Positions 12,785 through 25,887 of a stretch of DNA of 64,000 bases are shown in pieces; position 1 is the first letter of the stretch, and each line of letters begins with the position of its first letter. This stretch comes from Callorhinchus milii. Its lineage: Eukaryota. The stretch covers positions 96,722,001 through 96,786,000 of the forward strand of contig NW_024704743.1 in NCBI RefSeq assembly GCF_018977255.1, written 5' to 3'. The position numbers were made by a program, and so were the translations under genes. The notes under the pieces are model-generated. The model was given only the letters and a program-made list of their open reading frames with translations, was not told the origin of the DNA and ran no database searches.

Positions 12785-13236
12785 AACAAAATGCAAAATA
12801 CTGCAGATACTGGAAATCTGAAACATAAACAGAAGTCGCTGGGAACACTAAGCAGGTCAGGCAGTATCTATGGAGAATTAACGTTTTGGGTTCACAATGT
12901 TTCGTCAGAACTGGGATGTGTTGGGAGGGAGAGGCTTTTAAGGACTAACAAAGAGGGGAGGCAGGGCAAGGAAGACAAAGGAGAAAATGGGGTAGAGGGC
13001 AGGGGATGATGGGTTAAACAGGTGATAATTGTGCAAAACAAAGAAGGGCGATTGCAACAAAACAGAGTCCACCTCTTTAACACCTCTTTTCCCCTCTTTT
13101 GTTGCAACCCTTTGTTTACATCATTAACGCCTCTTTAACCTATCATCCCCTGTCCTCTATCCCATTTTCTCCTTTGTCTTCCTTGCCCTGCCTTCCCCCT
13201 CTTTGTTAGCCCTTAAAAGCCTCTCCCAATATCTCC
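12785..13236 (-). mobile_element. Penelope-like element terminal relic with decayed hammerhead motif and fold-back
   Basis: aaatactgcagatactggaaatctgaaa...agcaggtcaggcag resembles a recalled shark PLE terminal repeat; minus-strand CTGACGA...AAAACGTT; ~140-bp inverted arms. Confidence 0.6.
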
Positions 13237-14397
13237 TTTACTTGTTTCCTTAATTTGCTCACTTTTGGGTGGAAATTCCATTTGGAGTTACGTGTAGCAT
13301 CATGCCAATATTAGCAGTTAATAGCATTTCCCCAATTGCCCATTAGACTCTTTTAGAATTAGACATAGAAGTCCATATGGACTCCGTGGGCAAGACGTAT
13401 AGGGCAATTCCATTATATTGCGGTCATCTGATCCAATATCCCAGGTGTCACAGGTGAAAAAAATGGTCAACTTCTGGATCATCAGGCGCGCTCTTCACAA
13501 GAAGTGTAGCTGACGTCACTTAGTTCACAAAATGATATTACTGCTGCACTCTGAGCTCAGAGCCCACAATTACAATCACTCTTGCGTGTGGGAAATGATA
13601 TGAATGATGTGATACCCAGAGGAGAGGTGGGAAGATGCGTATCCTGCATTGTATAAAATAAAATAACATTCATCATCTCATGAAAATACAGTGAAAATCC
13701 TACATAGATGCCAATTCAGCTAAATCAGTCCAACAGAGCAGTACCCAGCTCAGTACCCAGCTCAGTTAGGTAGAACGTAGTTCGGTTGCCAATTTCTTCT
13801 CAAATTTGTCCTCTCATTGCTCACTGGGAGAAAGGCCGTTTGATGGTCACCAGGATTACTGTTGATTCTCATTCTGTGTTCTTGGCTCACTCACAATGTT
13901 CCCTACAGTGTGGGTAGTTTTATTTAAGAAATCCCTTCCAACAATTTAGTTGTCTGGTATTGTGTGGAGATGCCATCTTATTCTAAGTGGCTTGAATAAG
14001 GTTCCTATGGAAAGTGTTCCAGGCCGAGAGATTAATTTATTCTGAATCATACAACGTAAACAACAACTTGCACTTGTCCCAACCTAACCCAACTGTCCAG
14101 CGCCTTGTGACGTCCTCCTGACGTGAAAGGCGCTCTATAGATGGAATCTTGTTGTTGTTGTCTCATGCCTTTCACATAGGAAAACATCTGATAGTGCTTC
14201 ATGCAGATGGAATTGGAGCCTGAGCAGGGAAGATAAGGAATAATAATAATAATAATAAAGATAAAGAATGTGGCAAGATAAGGAATGTGGGAGGGAGGCA
14301 AAGATTTTTTAAAGGGTTTTGTAAGCAGAGAGGGAAGCGGAGAGACTTAAGGAGAGATTTCCAGAGAGTGGGAAAACTGACTGAAACATAACCCATC

Positions 14398-14700
14398 ACT
14401 GAGTTTGTGATGTAATCCAAGGCAGCAAATTTGGACATAATGGCACTGGGCTAAGGAAAGGAACAAGCAGCCAGAATTTACTTTCCTAATCATTATCCAA
14501 TGACTCTTATTGAGAAGTGTGAATGAATGGACTGGATGAGAAGATCAGGTTCATCTGTGATGCCTTTCCCCCAGACTCGTGTCTAATCACAATCCCTGTC
14601 TAGGCTCATACATGAAGAATGGATACCTGGTAAAAGGTACAGGAGAGAAGTCAGCACCAGTGGACTTGTACAAGTCACGGCGTCCAAACTGGAAGAAAGA
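14398..14700 (+). mobile_element. Ancient SINE, AmnSINE2-like (tentative name)
   Basis: ctgggctaaggaaagg...cagccag...tatccaatgac...tgtctaggctcatacatgaagaatgg...aggtac; related copies at 27930, 29500 and 41085. Confidence 0.55.
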
Positions 14701-15974
14701 AAACTAGAGGCAGGAAAATAAAGAAAACCACATATGCTGGAGCAGGAAAGTGGCTTTAAGATCTGGGCACTGCTTGTAAATTACTGTGAGCAAAATGCTA
14801 ACAATTCATTGTTGCAAGTTGTGCCTGAAGATCCCACTGTTAGGTGCACTCCCAGTTTGAGTTTGAATTTCTCCCTCCTTTGATCTGCTGCATAAAATAT
14901 GTGACTTAAGGAGCTCCGTAGTCCTCTGTAGCTGGTCTTCCTGATTTGAGTTATAGAAGTCATATGAACGCCATTGATTTCTCACTATTGCACTGAATTG
15001 TTTCTATTATGCCTTGCATGCAGACTAGGAGTTCTCTTTCTGATGCACTGAGTTCTTCAGTTCCTATTTTACCAGGTATGTTTTTTGAAGCGCTTTAATG
15101 GCAATTTAATAGTAATGTCAATTCCTTAGGCAATAATAGATGGTTCCAAGTGAGTTACACGGTGGTTATACTAATCAAAGGGTAATGTAGTATTAGTGCA
15201 TATCATCTGAACATTGAGATTTATGGAATCGCCTTGTTACACACACTCATTGCCATTTCATAGAATTATGGAATGATACAGAACAGAAACAAGCCATTTG
15301 GCCTATCAAATGTGACCCGGTGTGGATTTCCATATGGGCCAACTGATCTAATCCCTGTCTTTTGATAAATGTAAGGAAATGTAGGGATTATTTTTATAGA
15401 TTAGAACAAATCAACCTTCTTTGGTTGTGATGTGTGAAATCAGCCACTGTTTACCTAGATCACCAAATTTGTTAGGATGTTTCATGATGGCACAAAGAGC
15501 CAGTTCATCACTAAAAGAAATGTACCAGGCAATGGCTGTGAGAAGAGTAAATGCAATTAACTACACAGGTAGAAGAAGAATGAGCTGTGATCCATGCTGC
15601 ATTATTGGTTGGTTATTTTCTCCTACTGTTTCCCTGGTTTCCTTGGCCACGCACGGGCTGTGGCTAGAAGAGAGGCAGGCGAGATGTTCGCAGACATCAG
15701 TTGTGGCACATAATACCCCTTGCATTTGATATAGTGCTTATCACGTCAAAACATCTCAAGGTACTTTACGGAGTTTTCTGTGAAATGCAATGACTGAATT
15801 TGTTGGCGAATGGAGTAGCCAATTTGCATACAGCAGTGTCACACAAACAATCCTGAAATTAAAAATCAATGTATCTGGAGGATTGCTGGCCAGACATCAC
15901 AGTCTGTACTGACACTCCAGTATAATTGGCTGCCTAGTTTGCCTACAAATACAGTGACTGCACTTCACTTTAAT

Positions 15975-16180
15975 ACATCCCTCCAAAACAAAAAACAATA
16001 ATAAATTGGTCATTTTCAATCTACGACTGTTTGTGGGACATTGCTGTGCGCAATTGCCTGCCGCGTTCGCCCACAAATATACAGTAAATTTACTTTACAG
16101 TATATTCTGTGAAGCGCTTTGGGACATCTGGAAGACCTGAAAAGCACTTATCAAATGCAAGGATTATTATTATTATTATT
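15975..16180 (+). mobile_element. SINE 3' two-thirds
   Basis: Core and (ATT)n tail. Confidence 0.88.
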
Positions 16181-17604
16181 TACAGTAAATTCTATGAAGA
16201 TGTTTTCAATGATGTGATAAGGCTCTATATCAATTCAAGGATTATGACCTTCTGACCCAGAAGCAAGGCACCTCAAGCATGTGACACTTCACCTGACCGC
16301 AGTGTTGTAGCTCAGGAGGGGGATAGCTGGCATAAACCCATTCTCTTGTGTAATCATAGGTTGACGTTTCAAGGGCTGTGCTCCCATGCTTTCCTCCTTT
16401 GTGTACATCTAACGTTCAATAGATCCCGCACTCCAAGTTGGCCATGACATTAAATTGCACAAACCTGCACCATAAATAACAATTAAGAGAAAGCTATCCC
16501 CTGATTTTGTGAAGAAATGGCTTCACTTGTCTTAAACACTGTTAAAATTGTCTGAATGCATAAGTTGTCACAAAACTTATGACGCACATCTGAGTTTATT
16601 CAATTGCTAACATCATTTCTTAATTATGTAGATCACTGAAATAAATACTGAAAAGCATGCGTTTTTCTGCCTGTAACTGTTTTCAATTTCTAATAGAGGA
16701 TGAGAAAATCATTGAGACATTCCTGAACTTTTCTGAGTTTTTTTCCCTCACATTAGTCAGTTAGCTTCAGACCAATCCACAGCCACTGGTTTATGTTAGT
16801 GAGAAAGAGTAGGTTTCTAATTAGAAGTTAACAAAAAACCACAGGCATGACTTTGAAATAACACTAATGGTAAATTTATGTTGAAATTCTTGATGCTTGA
16901 TGAAAGCAATTTTTTAGGAATAATAATATTTTATCATTGCCATACCCTTTGACAGCACACAGGAAGTATAAAGTATAAAGGCACTAAATCATGTAAATCA
17001 ATTACAAATCCCATCCAGATAGAAACACTGTAAACAAAGAAATAGTTATTACTGTAAAATACTTACTAATAAAATTATTTCAGTTTGCAAACTTGTACTA
17101 AAGCAGATTGCTTTATTTTTGAGTGTACAAGGCAATTAAAAAAAATAATTCTGGATTCTTTAGAAAAAAAACTTTGAAAGTTAAATGAACAGCAGATTCA
17201 ATATTAAATTGCCATAATACTTACTCATGTACAAGACTGCACTGAATCACATTATTTAAGACTACTTAGTTGAACTGTGCAGTTAGCCACAACCTCTCCT
17301 ACTGTTAAACCTGCTAAAAAATCTTTGGGTCAGTAATGAACAGTCAACAGCCTTAAAATACAAAACTGTTGCGTTAAAATCATTTCAATATAATGTATAT
17401 TTTATAAAATAGTCCCAAAAGTGCAAAAATAATAAATAAAAGAAAACACTATTTTACAACAAAACACATGACACATAAATTACACAACTTGTACCTTTAT
17501 TATGTGTTCATTCATTAATTTGGATATTAATATTATAATCATAGTGTTTTCTTTTCACATAAATATCACCAATCAAAGTGCCATGTACATTGGTGATACA
17601 AGCT

Positions 17605-17769
17605 TAATAATAATAAATAATAATCCTTACATTTGCTACAGCGCCTTATCGCATTGTTGAAATGTCTCAAAGAGTTTCACAGGATTTACTGTGGAGTATG
17701 GTGACTGAATTTTTTGTGGACAAATGCTGCAGCCAATTTACGCGTAATGTTCCACAAGCAGCCATGAAG
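17605..17769 (-). mobile_element. Older SINE 3' part interrupted by a MITE
   Basis: aataatccttacatttg...cagccaattt...cagccatgaag. Confidence 0.7.
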
Positions 17770-17771
17770 TA

Positions 17772-18157
17772 CAGATAAACCCCGGCTGGCTGGGGTGATC
17801 AAGTCCGACAAGCCGGAATTTCCAACTAAGTGTAATTACATGGCTGGTACCGGCATTTAACGGCACTGAGAGATTTTTATGCGTGAATAAGTTAATGGGA
17901 TTCAAACATTCTGAGTCATAGTCAATATCTCTGGCCACTGTGAAGGCCAGCAAGGACGGTGAAGCGGGAAAATTAATAAATAAATACATAAGTAAATAAA
18001 TAAATAGATGTGGTGTTGGCACACTCCAGGAGAGCTGGGCTGGCAGAAACGTTGAACCTGCGGAATTTTTTTTAATTTCAGTTTTGGGCCTGGTCTGGTT
18101 AGCTCCAGATCACGTCCCTTCTGGATATCCGGAGTCCGCTAAACCGGCGTTATATTG
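17772..18157. mobile_element. Tc1/mariner (Tigger/pogo-like) non-autonomous element
   Basis: TA|cagataaaccccgg ... ccggcgttatattg|TA; imperfect TIRs and TA duplication, CpG-rich interior. Confidence 0.55.
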
Positions 18158-18419
18158 TAATACCAATAGTGATATTTAGAAACTCTAATACAACATCAAG
18201 AAGTCTCCAAAGTAAAGGTCCCTAAAAAGGGCTTGCGAAGTCTGCTCACCTTCAAACATCACAGCAACACCAATCATTTTACCAACAAACACACAAAAAG
18301 GTCAAAGTACACATGCCATAACCCGTGTGAATATAAGTATTTAGATCACCTGCCCAACGATCATTCATGTACATTACTTATTTTTTTATTTTCTAATGAA
18401 AAATGCAATTTAGCCACAT

Positions 18420-18602
18420 CTCTTTGACCGTGCCTTCAGCTCCCCTCTCGACTCTCTACCCCCTCCTTGCTCTCTCCCTTCCCTCCCCTCATCCTGACCA
18501 ATTCCCCCCTGCTCGGGTCCTGACCCAACTGTACAGCGCCTTAAGACGTCCTCCCGACGTGAAAGGCGCTCTATAAATGGAATCTTGTTGTTGTTGTTGT
18601 TG
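18420..18602 (+). mobile_element. Young L2 3' end
   Basis: Matches 45600-45778; stem-loop and (TTG)n. Confidence 0.9.
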
Positions 18603-21600
18603 ATCTGGATTCCCAATTCACCACATGTGGCTGATGGCTAAGGTATTGGATAATCCTGCTATAGTGGACTCCCAAAGTACAATTGGCCTGGAATATGGGC
18701 ATAATATTGTAAACATTGATTGTTTACTAATTCAAATAGCATTTATTCTGTTCAGTTGGTTCAACAACAACAACAGTAACAAATTGCATTTATAAAGTCC
18801 CTTTCATATCGGGAAGACATCCCAAGGTGCTGGACAGTCAATGGTTTGCACAACGACTTTCCTCCATTTCTTCAGCAATGAAACAAACATGTATCTTTAA
18901 GTTGACAGCAGATCCCTAGAAATGTATGATATCATCTAAACTGCAATGTTATTATACCACAGGATGGTGATACTGTGAATTATTTTTCACTGGTTGGTAA
19001 ATCTATTGATCTTCAAAGTTTAATAATCCAAATAACATTTATTCTGTTCTGTTTATAATGGGATCCCTTATTCCTTTTACTGTGCCTCTACATTTCCCCT
19101 CTTTTTGCTTAAACATTCTTTCACGTAATGATGCTATATAAATAAATGTAGACTGTTCCCCGTTAAAGCACAATCTGCCAAAGCAGTTAACTTTACTGAT
19201 CAGCCCCCCTCCCGGTTTTATTTCTGATAAATGTAACCAGGAAATACTGGGGTTGAAAAGGTGCTCGTCAGGAAAACAACAACATAAATGGGATTCATTG
19301 TACCAGAAAACTCACTTCAGCACATAAAGAGAACTTCAATGTACAGCATGCTGAATCACCAGAACTCAGCTGCAACTCAACATCTTGACAGAACTGAGGT
19401 CTTGCGAGTCAATGTGAGGGGTTCTCCAGAGAAGACTCATTTTACATCCCAAAGTGTGAGGTGCCATTTTCAACCCTGATGTCTCCACATAGAGAACATA
19501 TTGTATGACATATTGCATGAGCACTACTAAAAATTCACTTTACAGTATATTCTGTGAAGTGCTTTGAGATGTCTCAATGGCATGATAAGGCGCTATATCA
19601 AATGCAAGGATTATTATTATTGCCAAAAAATTGCAACTTCAAACAGAAATCTGAAAATATCATCTACAAGCCATTTCATTTCATTCAGAGAAACACCAGT
19701 AGAAACGTGAATCATGCATATGAAAAAGTAGAAGCGTATTCTAAAAGCATTGGTGATACAGTATTTTGGTTTCTAATATCAAAAACTTCAAGGACATAAA
19801 TGTTGCAATTGTGTAAAACTAATCAGATTATTTAGAAATGCAGGATATTAAAAGCTTACTTCAGTTATTGCAAACCTGATATTCGATTATTTACACTGAA
19901 GTGTTTGTGGATTTAATGCCAGTTTGTTTCTTTAATGTTGCATTCAATTAAAGCTAGCTGATCACAGTGCCTTCATGCCTACGGGTGGATTAATTGTCAT
20001 TAGTGTCATTGCTTTCTCTGCTGTGAAAACAGTGGCTGAGTTACCAAGTACCAATGGTGTAAGACCAGCAGTTACACATCACTGTATTTTTTGTAAATTA
20101 CTGAATGAATCAAAAGTGGGATCTATTTATGTGACCTATTTTCACTTTTGCTCCTCAATTTCCCTGTTTTTGGCATTCTGGATGGTATGTTAGTAAACAC
20201 TATTGTAGCTACTTTTCCCAGAAATTGGCAGCAAGCACTAATCCTGGCTGCTGGCAAGAGCCTAGGCTTTGCAAGATGAACATTCTCCTCATACACTAAG
20301 TAGATGTAATTGTGATAAGCCTTTGTGGAATTCCTGTCTGGGTGTTCTGTATGACCTGGGTGGTAGTCAGTAAAATTCATTCAACGCATGACTATGGAGT
20401 GCTTGTTTGAACTTTTCACAGTCTGCATGATACAAAGGAGGCACTCTTTAACAATGAACTTTTCCCTTCTTTGCCGTTCTATGTACGCGTGAATTCTAAT
20501 GGTTTGTGATGCTCTCATTTTCAGTGTTTGTTTCCCCCTCCCTTCCTGGCAAATGTCAAATTACACTTTCCCAAGAACATTCAGTGATATGACTGCCTTT
20601 GCCATCTCATTGGTTTTAAGAATGTGATTACAGCATGGTAATAAGGCTCTCACATTGGCAACAAAATCACCCATGCATTTCTGTTTACCTTCATCGTTTA
20701 ACCCTTCCCCACCAACACAACTAAAAACGTGCTGTGAATTTCCATGGCAAATACTGGAAATCCCTGAAACTTCCAAGCAGTGAACAGGGAAAGTAACAAC
20801 AAAAGTACAAATGCTTCTTATAAATAAAAAATATATTCTGAGTGAGTGTACCCAACAGCAGATTGAGCAATGAAATGGAGAACTTATTTCTGTGGATCCT
20901 CAGAAAATCTTGCACACCAAGTTTAAAACCAAATTGTGGTCTCAATGGAAGGATTCATCTTGAACAACAACAACATGCATTTGTATAGAGCCCTTCATGT
21001 ATGATAACATCTCAGAGCGCTTTAAAAAGATGGGGTCTTACGCAGAGGGGAGGTGACCATTGGCGCAATTGAAGATGTAATTTTAATGTGAGATTTAAAG
21101 ACATATAGAGAGGGCTTCATGAGTGAACCCCAAAAGCAGCAACTGGAGAGAATAAAATACATTTGGAAACAAACAAGCCTATAGGAAAAACAATTGTGTT
21201 ATCTTTCCCCCTTTGAAACAGAGACGATTTGAAATGAGGTCATGAGGTTTGGTTTACATGATAAATCATTCTTAGCTGTGTGCTTTTAAGTAGGCAGTCC
21301 CTAAATGGTTTTGACAGTCTGTTGATTCAGTTTTTCCAGGCTTACAGTCTTCTTCCTTTTGATGTATTAATTTCCAAATGCAAGAGGAAATAAACAAAAG
21401 CTTGTTAATGTCCGCCCCACCGTTCACCAAGCAGTAATGTTCGTGATCTCTGGGTTTTTATTTTATAAAATCATTGTTTTGGAAAAGTCAATATTGTTTA
21501 AACTTCTTTCCTTCAGTCTAGCTTAGACACTGCAAATCCTCAAAACACTAACAAGCTCTGAAAGAAAGTAAAAAGGGAACTTTCTGCCAAATTGTAAGCA

Positions 21601-23238
21601 GTTTCCGATTACCCAGGTTCATGCTTTGGATTGTGCACTTACTATTCTAATGCTTTGTTGTTTATAAGTGGGGGGTATTAATGTGACTCCTTCTGAATAG
21701 AATGGAATGACAGAGCTTTAAACGTGAGAACTGTGTGTTTTAGACAGTTATTGTGCTTCTAGAAAAGTTAATTAGGAAGTGAAACCTTAGGTAGTTGACA
21801 GTGTGCTTTGTTGGCTGCCAGAGCTCTGTGACAAATACCCACTGAAAGGCACTTCACTTTTTTTTGTAAACAGAGATGTCAGGAATTTGAACAAAAATGC
21901 ATTTGTGAAGATCTGCATTTCATCTGTGTCTAACTGCATGGGAAACAGCACTAATAAGTTGTTTTAATAAAGTTCAGTGATGAAACATTCATCAACAGGC
22001 TCTTCTCTTGTTTCAGACCCAAGCACTGGTTGATCAGGAGGCTTTCATCCCAGCAAGTCACATTATGCAAGTCAAAGTGAATGATAACCTTGATGTTTAA
22101 AGCAGCAACCCTACGGCCTTCCAGGTTGTGCCAACACAACTCTTAACAAATAGCAGGTATGTCTGGCAACTACATTTAACAAGTCACTTTTATATCAATG
22201 GAGGGATATTTGCAACATTTCGAAACAGATTCAATGTGATATCAAATATTTTCCACGAGCATGTGAACGTGATGTGGATTATTTCTTACTTGCAATTCAA
22301 CGCTTTTGTGCTGGGGTTTTGACAGTGAAACTGCAGCACTGTAGAAGGATTTATAATGATCCCTGCATTTGATATGGCGCCTTATCTCATCTTCGAGACG
22401 ACTCAAAGCGCTTCACAGAATCGGCTGTGTGTTTTGTGGGTGAAATTTCCATCACTTGTCCTCAAGCAAACACTGTAGGTAGATGGTTGACTGAATAACT
22501 AGAGAAAGAAGTTATAGATAAAAATGGGAATTGTTCGGGATAACAAATGTAGATGAAATTGTGCAAAAAATTTTCTGTTTTCTTTTCTGTTGAAAAGTAG
22601 GAGAAAAACATGTTTTATAAATATTGCAATGAAAAGTCAAAAATCGTATGAGTGCCTCGAACTTCTAATTATCATTAATAAGTAATAATAATATAATATC
22701 CATGCATTTGATATAGCGCCTGATCATGTCTTTAGGATGTCTGATGTTCTTGACAGGATTTACTGTAAAGTGTAGTAACTGTACTTTTGCCGAAAGATGT
22801 AACATAAAATGTCCCATAAACATGAATTTAATGACCAATTTTATTTGGAATAATGTTGGCTATGACACCAGGAGAAATTGCCTTCTCTTTTCGAGCAGTG
22901 ATCTTAAATATTTGCCTGAACAGGCAGATGAGCACTCAGTTTAACATCTTATCCAAAGGATGGTACCTGCAAAGATCCCCCATCAATGCTCCCCCATAAG
23001 TAGACTCAGCACCATTTACACCCAAAAAACAGTACTGAACACCAGAATTTTTACCTCAACGTCTGCTGGTAAAATGAACAGCTTGACCAAAATAACCCTT
23101 GCATTTGATGTAGCAGCTCATCATGTCATCAAAACGTCTCAAAGTGCTTTACAGGATTTGTACTGTGACGTGTAGAGACTGAGTATTTGGAGGGGAATGT
23201 GGACAGCCAATTGACATATAACAGCGTGCAATGTGTAC

Positions 23239-23553
23239 GGAGTCCTGTAGCTCAGTAGTTAGAAGACTCACTTTGCAAGCGAGAGACCCGGGTTCAGTTC
23301 CCGGCAGGGTGAAACCTTGGGCAAGATTCCTTACTCCACACACCTGATACTAATTCCTCAAAAAAAACAATAATAAATTGGTCACTTCAATCCACGACTG
23401 TTTGTGGGACACTGCTGTGTGCAATTGGCTGCCATGTTTTGCCCACAAAATATGCAGTCAATTCACTTTACAGTATATTCTGTGAAGCGCTTTGAGACGT
23501 CTAGAAGACGTTAAAAGCACTATATTGAATGCAAGGATTATTATTATTATTAT
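23239..23553 (+). mobile_element. tRNA-derived SINE, full length
   Basis: Same family as 2503-2825. Confidence 0.92.
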
Positions 23554-23578
23554 GGGTAAAGTTGGGGACATTCTAGGC

Positions 23579-23922
23579 CAGGGGTCAGCAAACTGCAGTA
23601 CACATGCTAGTGTTGGCATCCAGAGCCATTTCTTAAGATGCGCAGTTCTGGGAGCTGGTGTGAGAGTGGGAGGAGGAGCTATGCATTTGATGGCGCCAAC
23701 TGGTGATCAGATAATGCATTTCGTAACAAAAAAAATGTGAATCGTGCGTAGCTCACTTTACTCCAAATGTTCTTATTTTTCTGCCTGCTGTTTAAAACGA
23801 TAAAACATGTGGCATGAACTCTAAATTCAATTCAACTTTTCTTCACTCTGTGAAAAACATTCATCAGGCACCCAAGCGAGTTACAAATTGCTGAACCTTT
23901 CGGCACTTGGCTGATAAAGGTT
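23579..23922 (+). mobile_element. hAT (Charlie-like) non-autonomous relic
   Basis: Starts caggggtcagcaaact after ttctaggc (nTCTAGnn target preference); ends cggcacttggctgataaaggtt, right TIR incomplete. Confidence 0.45.
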
Positions 23923-24214
23923 TAGGGAGCGCAGCATTGTGATAGGTCTTGTCTTTTGGATGAGATATAAACCGGCATTTCATCTTGTTCTGTTCAAATA
24001 GATGTTAAAAAAATTGCTTTTACCAAAGGTGACTGTAGCCTGTTGCACTGGTGCAGCTGAATTTGTATAAAAGATACGCTATGTAGAATCTTCACGGTAA
24101 TTCCCTGAGAAGTTTAATGTAATTATTTTATGAAGAACAGAGGCACCTCATCCCACTTCTCCTTGGTTATCACAATACTTAAATCATATCCCATACCAAA
24201 CATGTTTATAATTA

Positions 24215-24500
24215 TGGACTCTGAGCTCACTGTCCAGGCTGACATTCAAATGTAGCACCTCAAGTGTGCTGCATTGTTAGAGGTGCTGTCCTTCACATAA
24301 CATGACAAATTGAGGTCGGTGTGCTTGCTCAGGAGGACATTAAAGATATCATGGCACTATTTGAAAAGAGAAGTGAATTTCTCCCAGAGTCCTGTTTAAC
24401 AATCTCCCAGACAAAATTTGGTCATTTATTTCATGGCTTTTCGTGGAACACCGATTTGTGCAAAATGGGTATTGCAATCATCTATAAAATACACAATACT
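24215..24500 (+). mobile_element. Older DeuSINE (SacSINE1/AmnSINE1-like body)
   Basis: ccaggctgacatt...gctgcattgttagaggtgctgtc...taaagatatcatggcactatttgaa. Confidence 0.65.
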
Positions 24501-25004
24501 GCCCAATGCCAGGCATGCTGAGGTGATAATTGATAATAACAATATGCAATAATAATAAACTCCTCTGGAGTTGATCCTCACCTTTTAGATGCATTTCCCC
24601 AACTGTGCCTCTTGCAATAGCCTTCAGTGAGGCCTTAGAAAGTTGCATTGACCTTTCTCTCTTTGCTGAATTTGGGTTTGTAAGGGCTGGAATGCTGAGA
24701 ATGAAACTAAGTATGTAAAAATCATCTACTGCTGTGATTCTGTCACATTCTGCTCCTGTTGAGACCTAGCAGCATGTTTGCTAAAATTAGCAAACTCACA
24801 GAAAGCTAAATTGACATGATCTCCAAAGTAACTCCTTCCAATTTAGCTCAGACTTATTTCCCTCTTTAATAGACCACACGATATACAGTCAATTCAATTT
24901 ACAGTATATTCCGTGAAGCGTTTTGAGATGTCTCAATGACTTAATAAGATGCTATATCAAATGCAAGGTTTGTTATTATTATTATTATTATAATATTACA
25001 TGGA

Positions 25005-25210
25005 TGGTGGGTGATGTGGAGGGACGCTCGACGGTGATGGTGCTCCCATGTTCTTGTTCTCCTGGATGTTAGAAGTCACAGGGCTGGGAGGTGCTAGAGA
25101 AACAAGGACAATGAGTAGCTACATTGAGTTCTGTAGATAGTACACACTGAAGTCACAGCGCATCACTGAGAGGAGTGAATCCTGACATCAGTGCTTGGGG
25201 ATGCCGATCG
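25005..25210 (-). mobile_element. Decayed CR1-clade LINE fragment
   Basis: Minus strand resembles a SVCTIY...WEHHH C-terminal remnant. Confidence 0.45.
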
Positions 25211-25419
25211 TATGTGTGTAAACAAAATTGCTTGTGACCTTTGCCTTAAGATCCTTGTCTTGAAAATAAAAGTCATGCAGAAGTTGGTGAACATTTTTGA
25301 ACTGATTTGAAAGCCTCGAGTGAGCAGCCCCTACAATCTAAGCTCACACCCGAAGAACGGGTAAGTGGGTGAAGAAAGTATATTGTTAATTGCTGACACT
25401 CTAGGACAAAACTCTGATC

Positions 25420-25762
25420 ATTTCACCCTTGTCTTTAAATTCCTCCACTGCCCTGCACCCCCTACCTCTCTGACCTCCTCTCTCCTCAAAACAGTGCCCG
25501 TTGTCTTCGTTCCTCCGGGTCTGGCCTCCTCCTTGTCCCCCAAGTCCTCCGCTCCACCGTCGGCGGCTGTGCCTTCAGCCACTACGCCCCGAGGCTCTGG
25601 AACTCCCTTCCTCACTGCTGAAAACCTTTCTTTTCGACCGTGGTTTGGTCACCTTCCTCCCCATCCCCCTGGCTCAGCCCCGGGATCCATTACTGTGAAG
25701 CGCTCAGAGACGCCGTCCGGCGTGGAGGGCGCTATATAAATCCAAATTGTTGTTGTTGTTGT
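25420..25762 (+). mobile_element. L2 3' end (second L2 family)
   Basis: ORF2 remnant FTLVFKFLHCPAP, stem-loop gcgctcagagacgccgtccggcgtggagggcgc, (TTG)n. Confidence 0.85.
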
Positions 25763-25887
25763 TCATTATACAAAAGACGCTGGCAATAAATTCTCATTCA
25801 CCCTGGGGTCTGTTATGTGAGTTGTGCAAATCATGTACAAACATTTCATTCATTGTTAGTTATATAATTAAGAGCACCTCTAATCCC

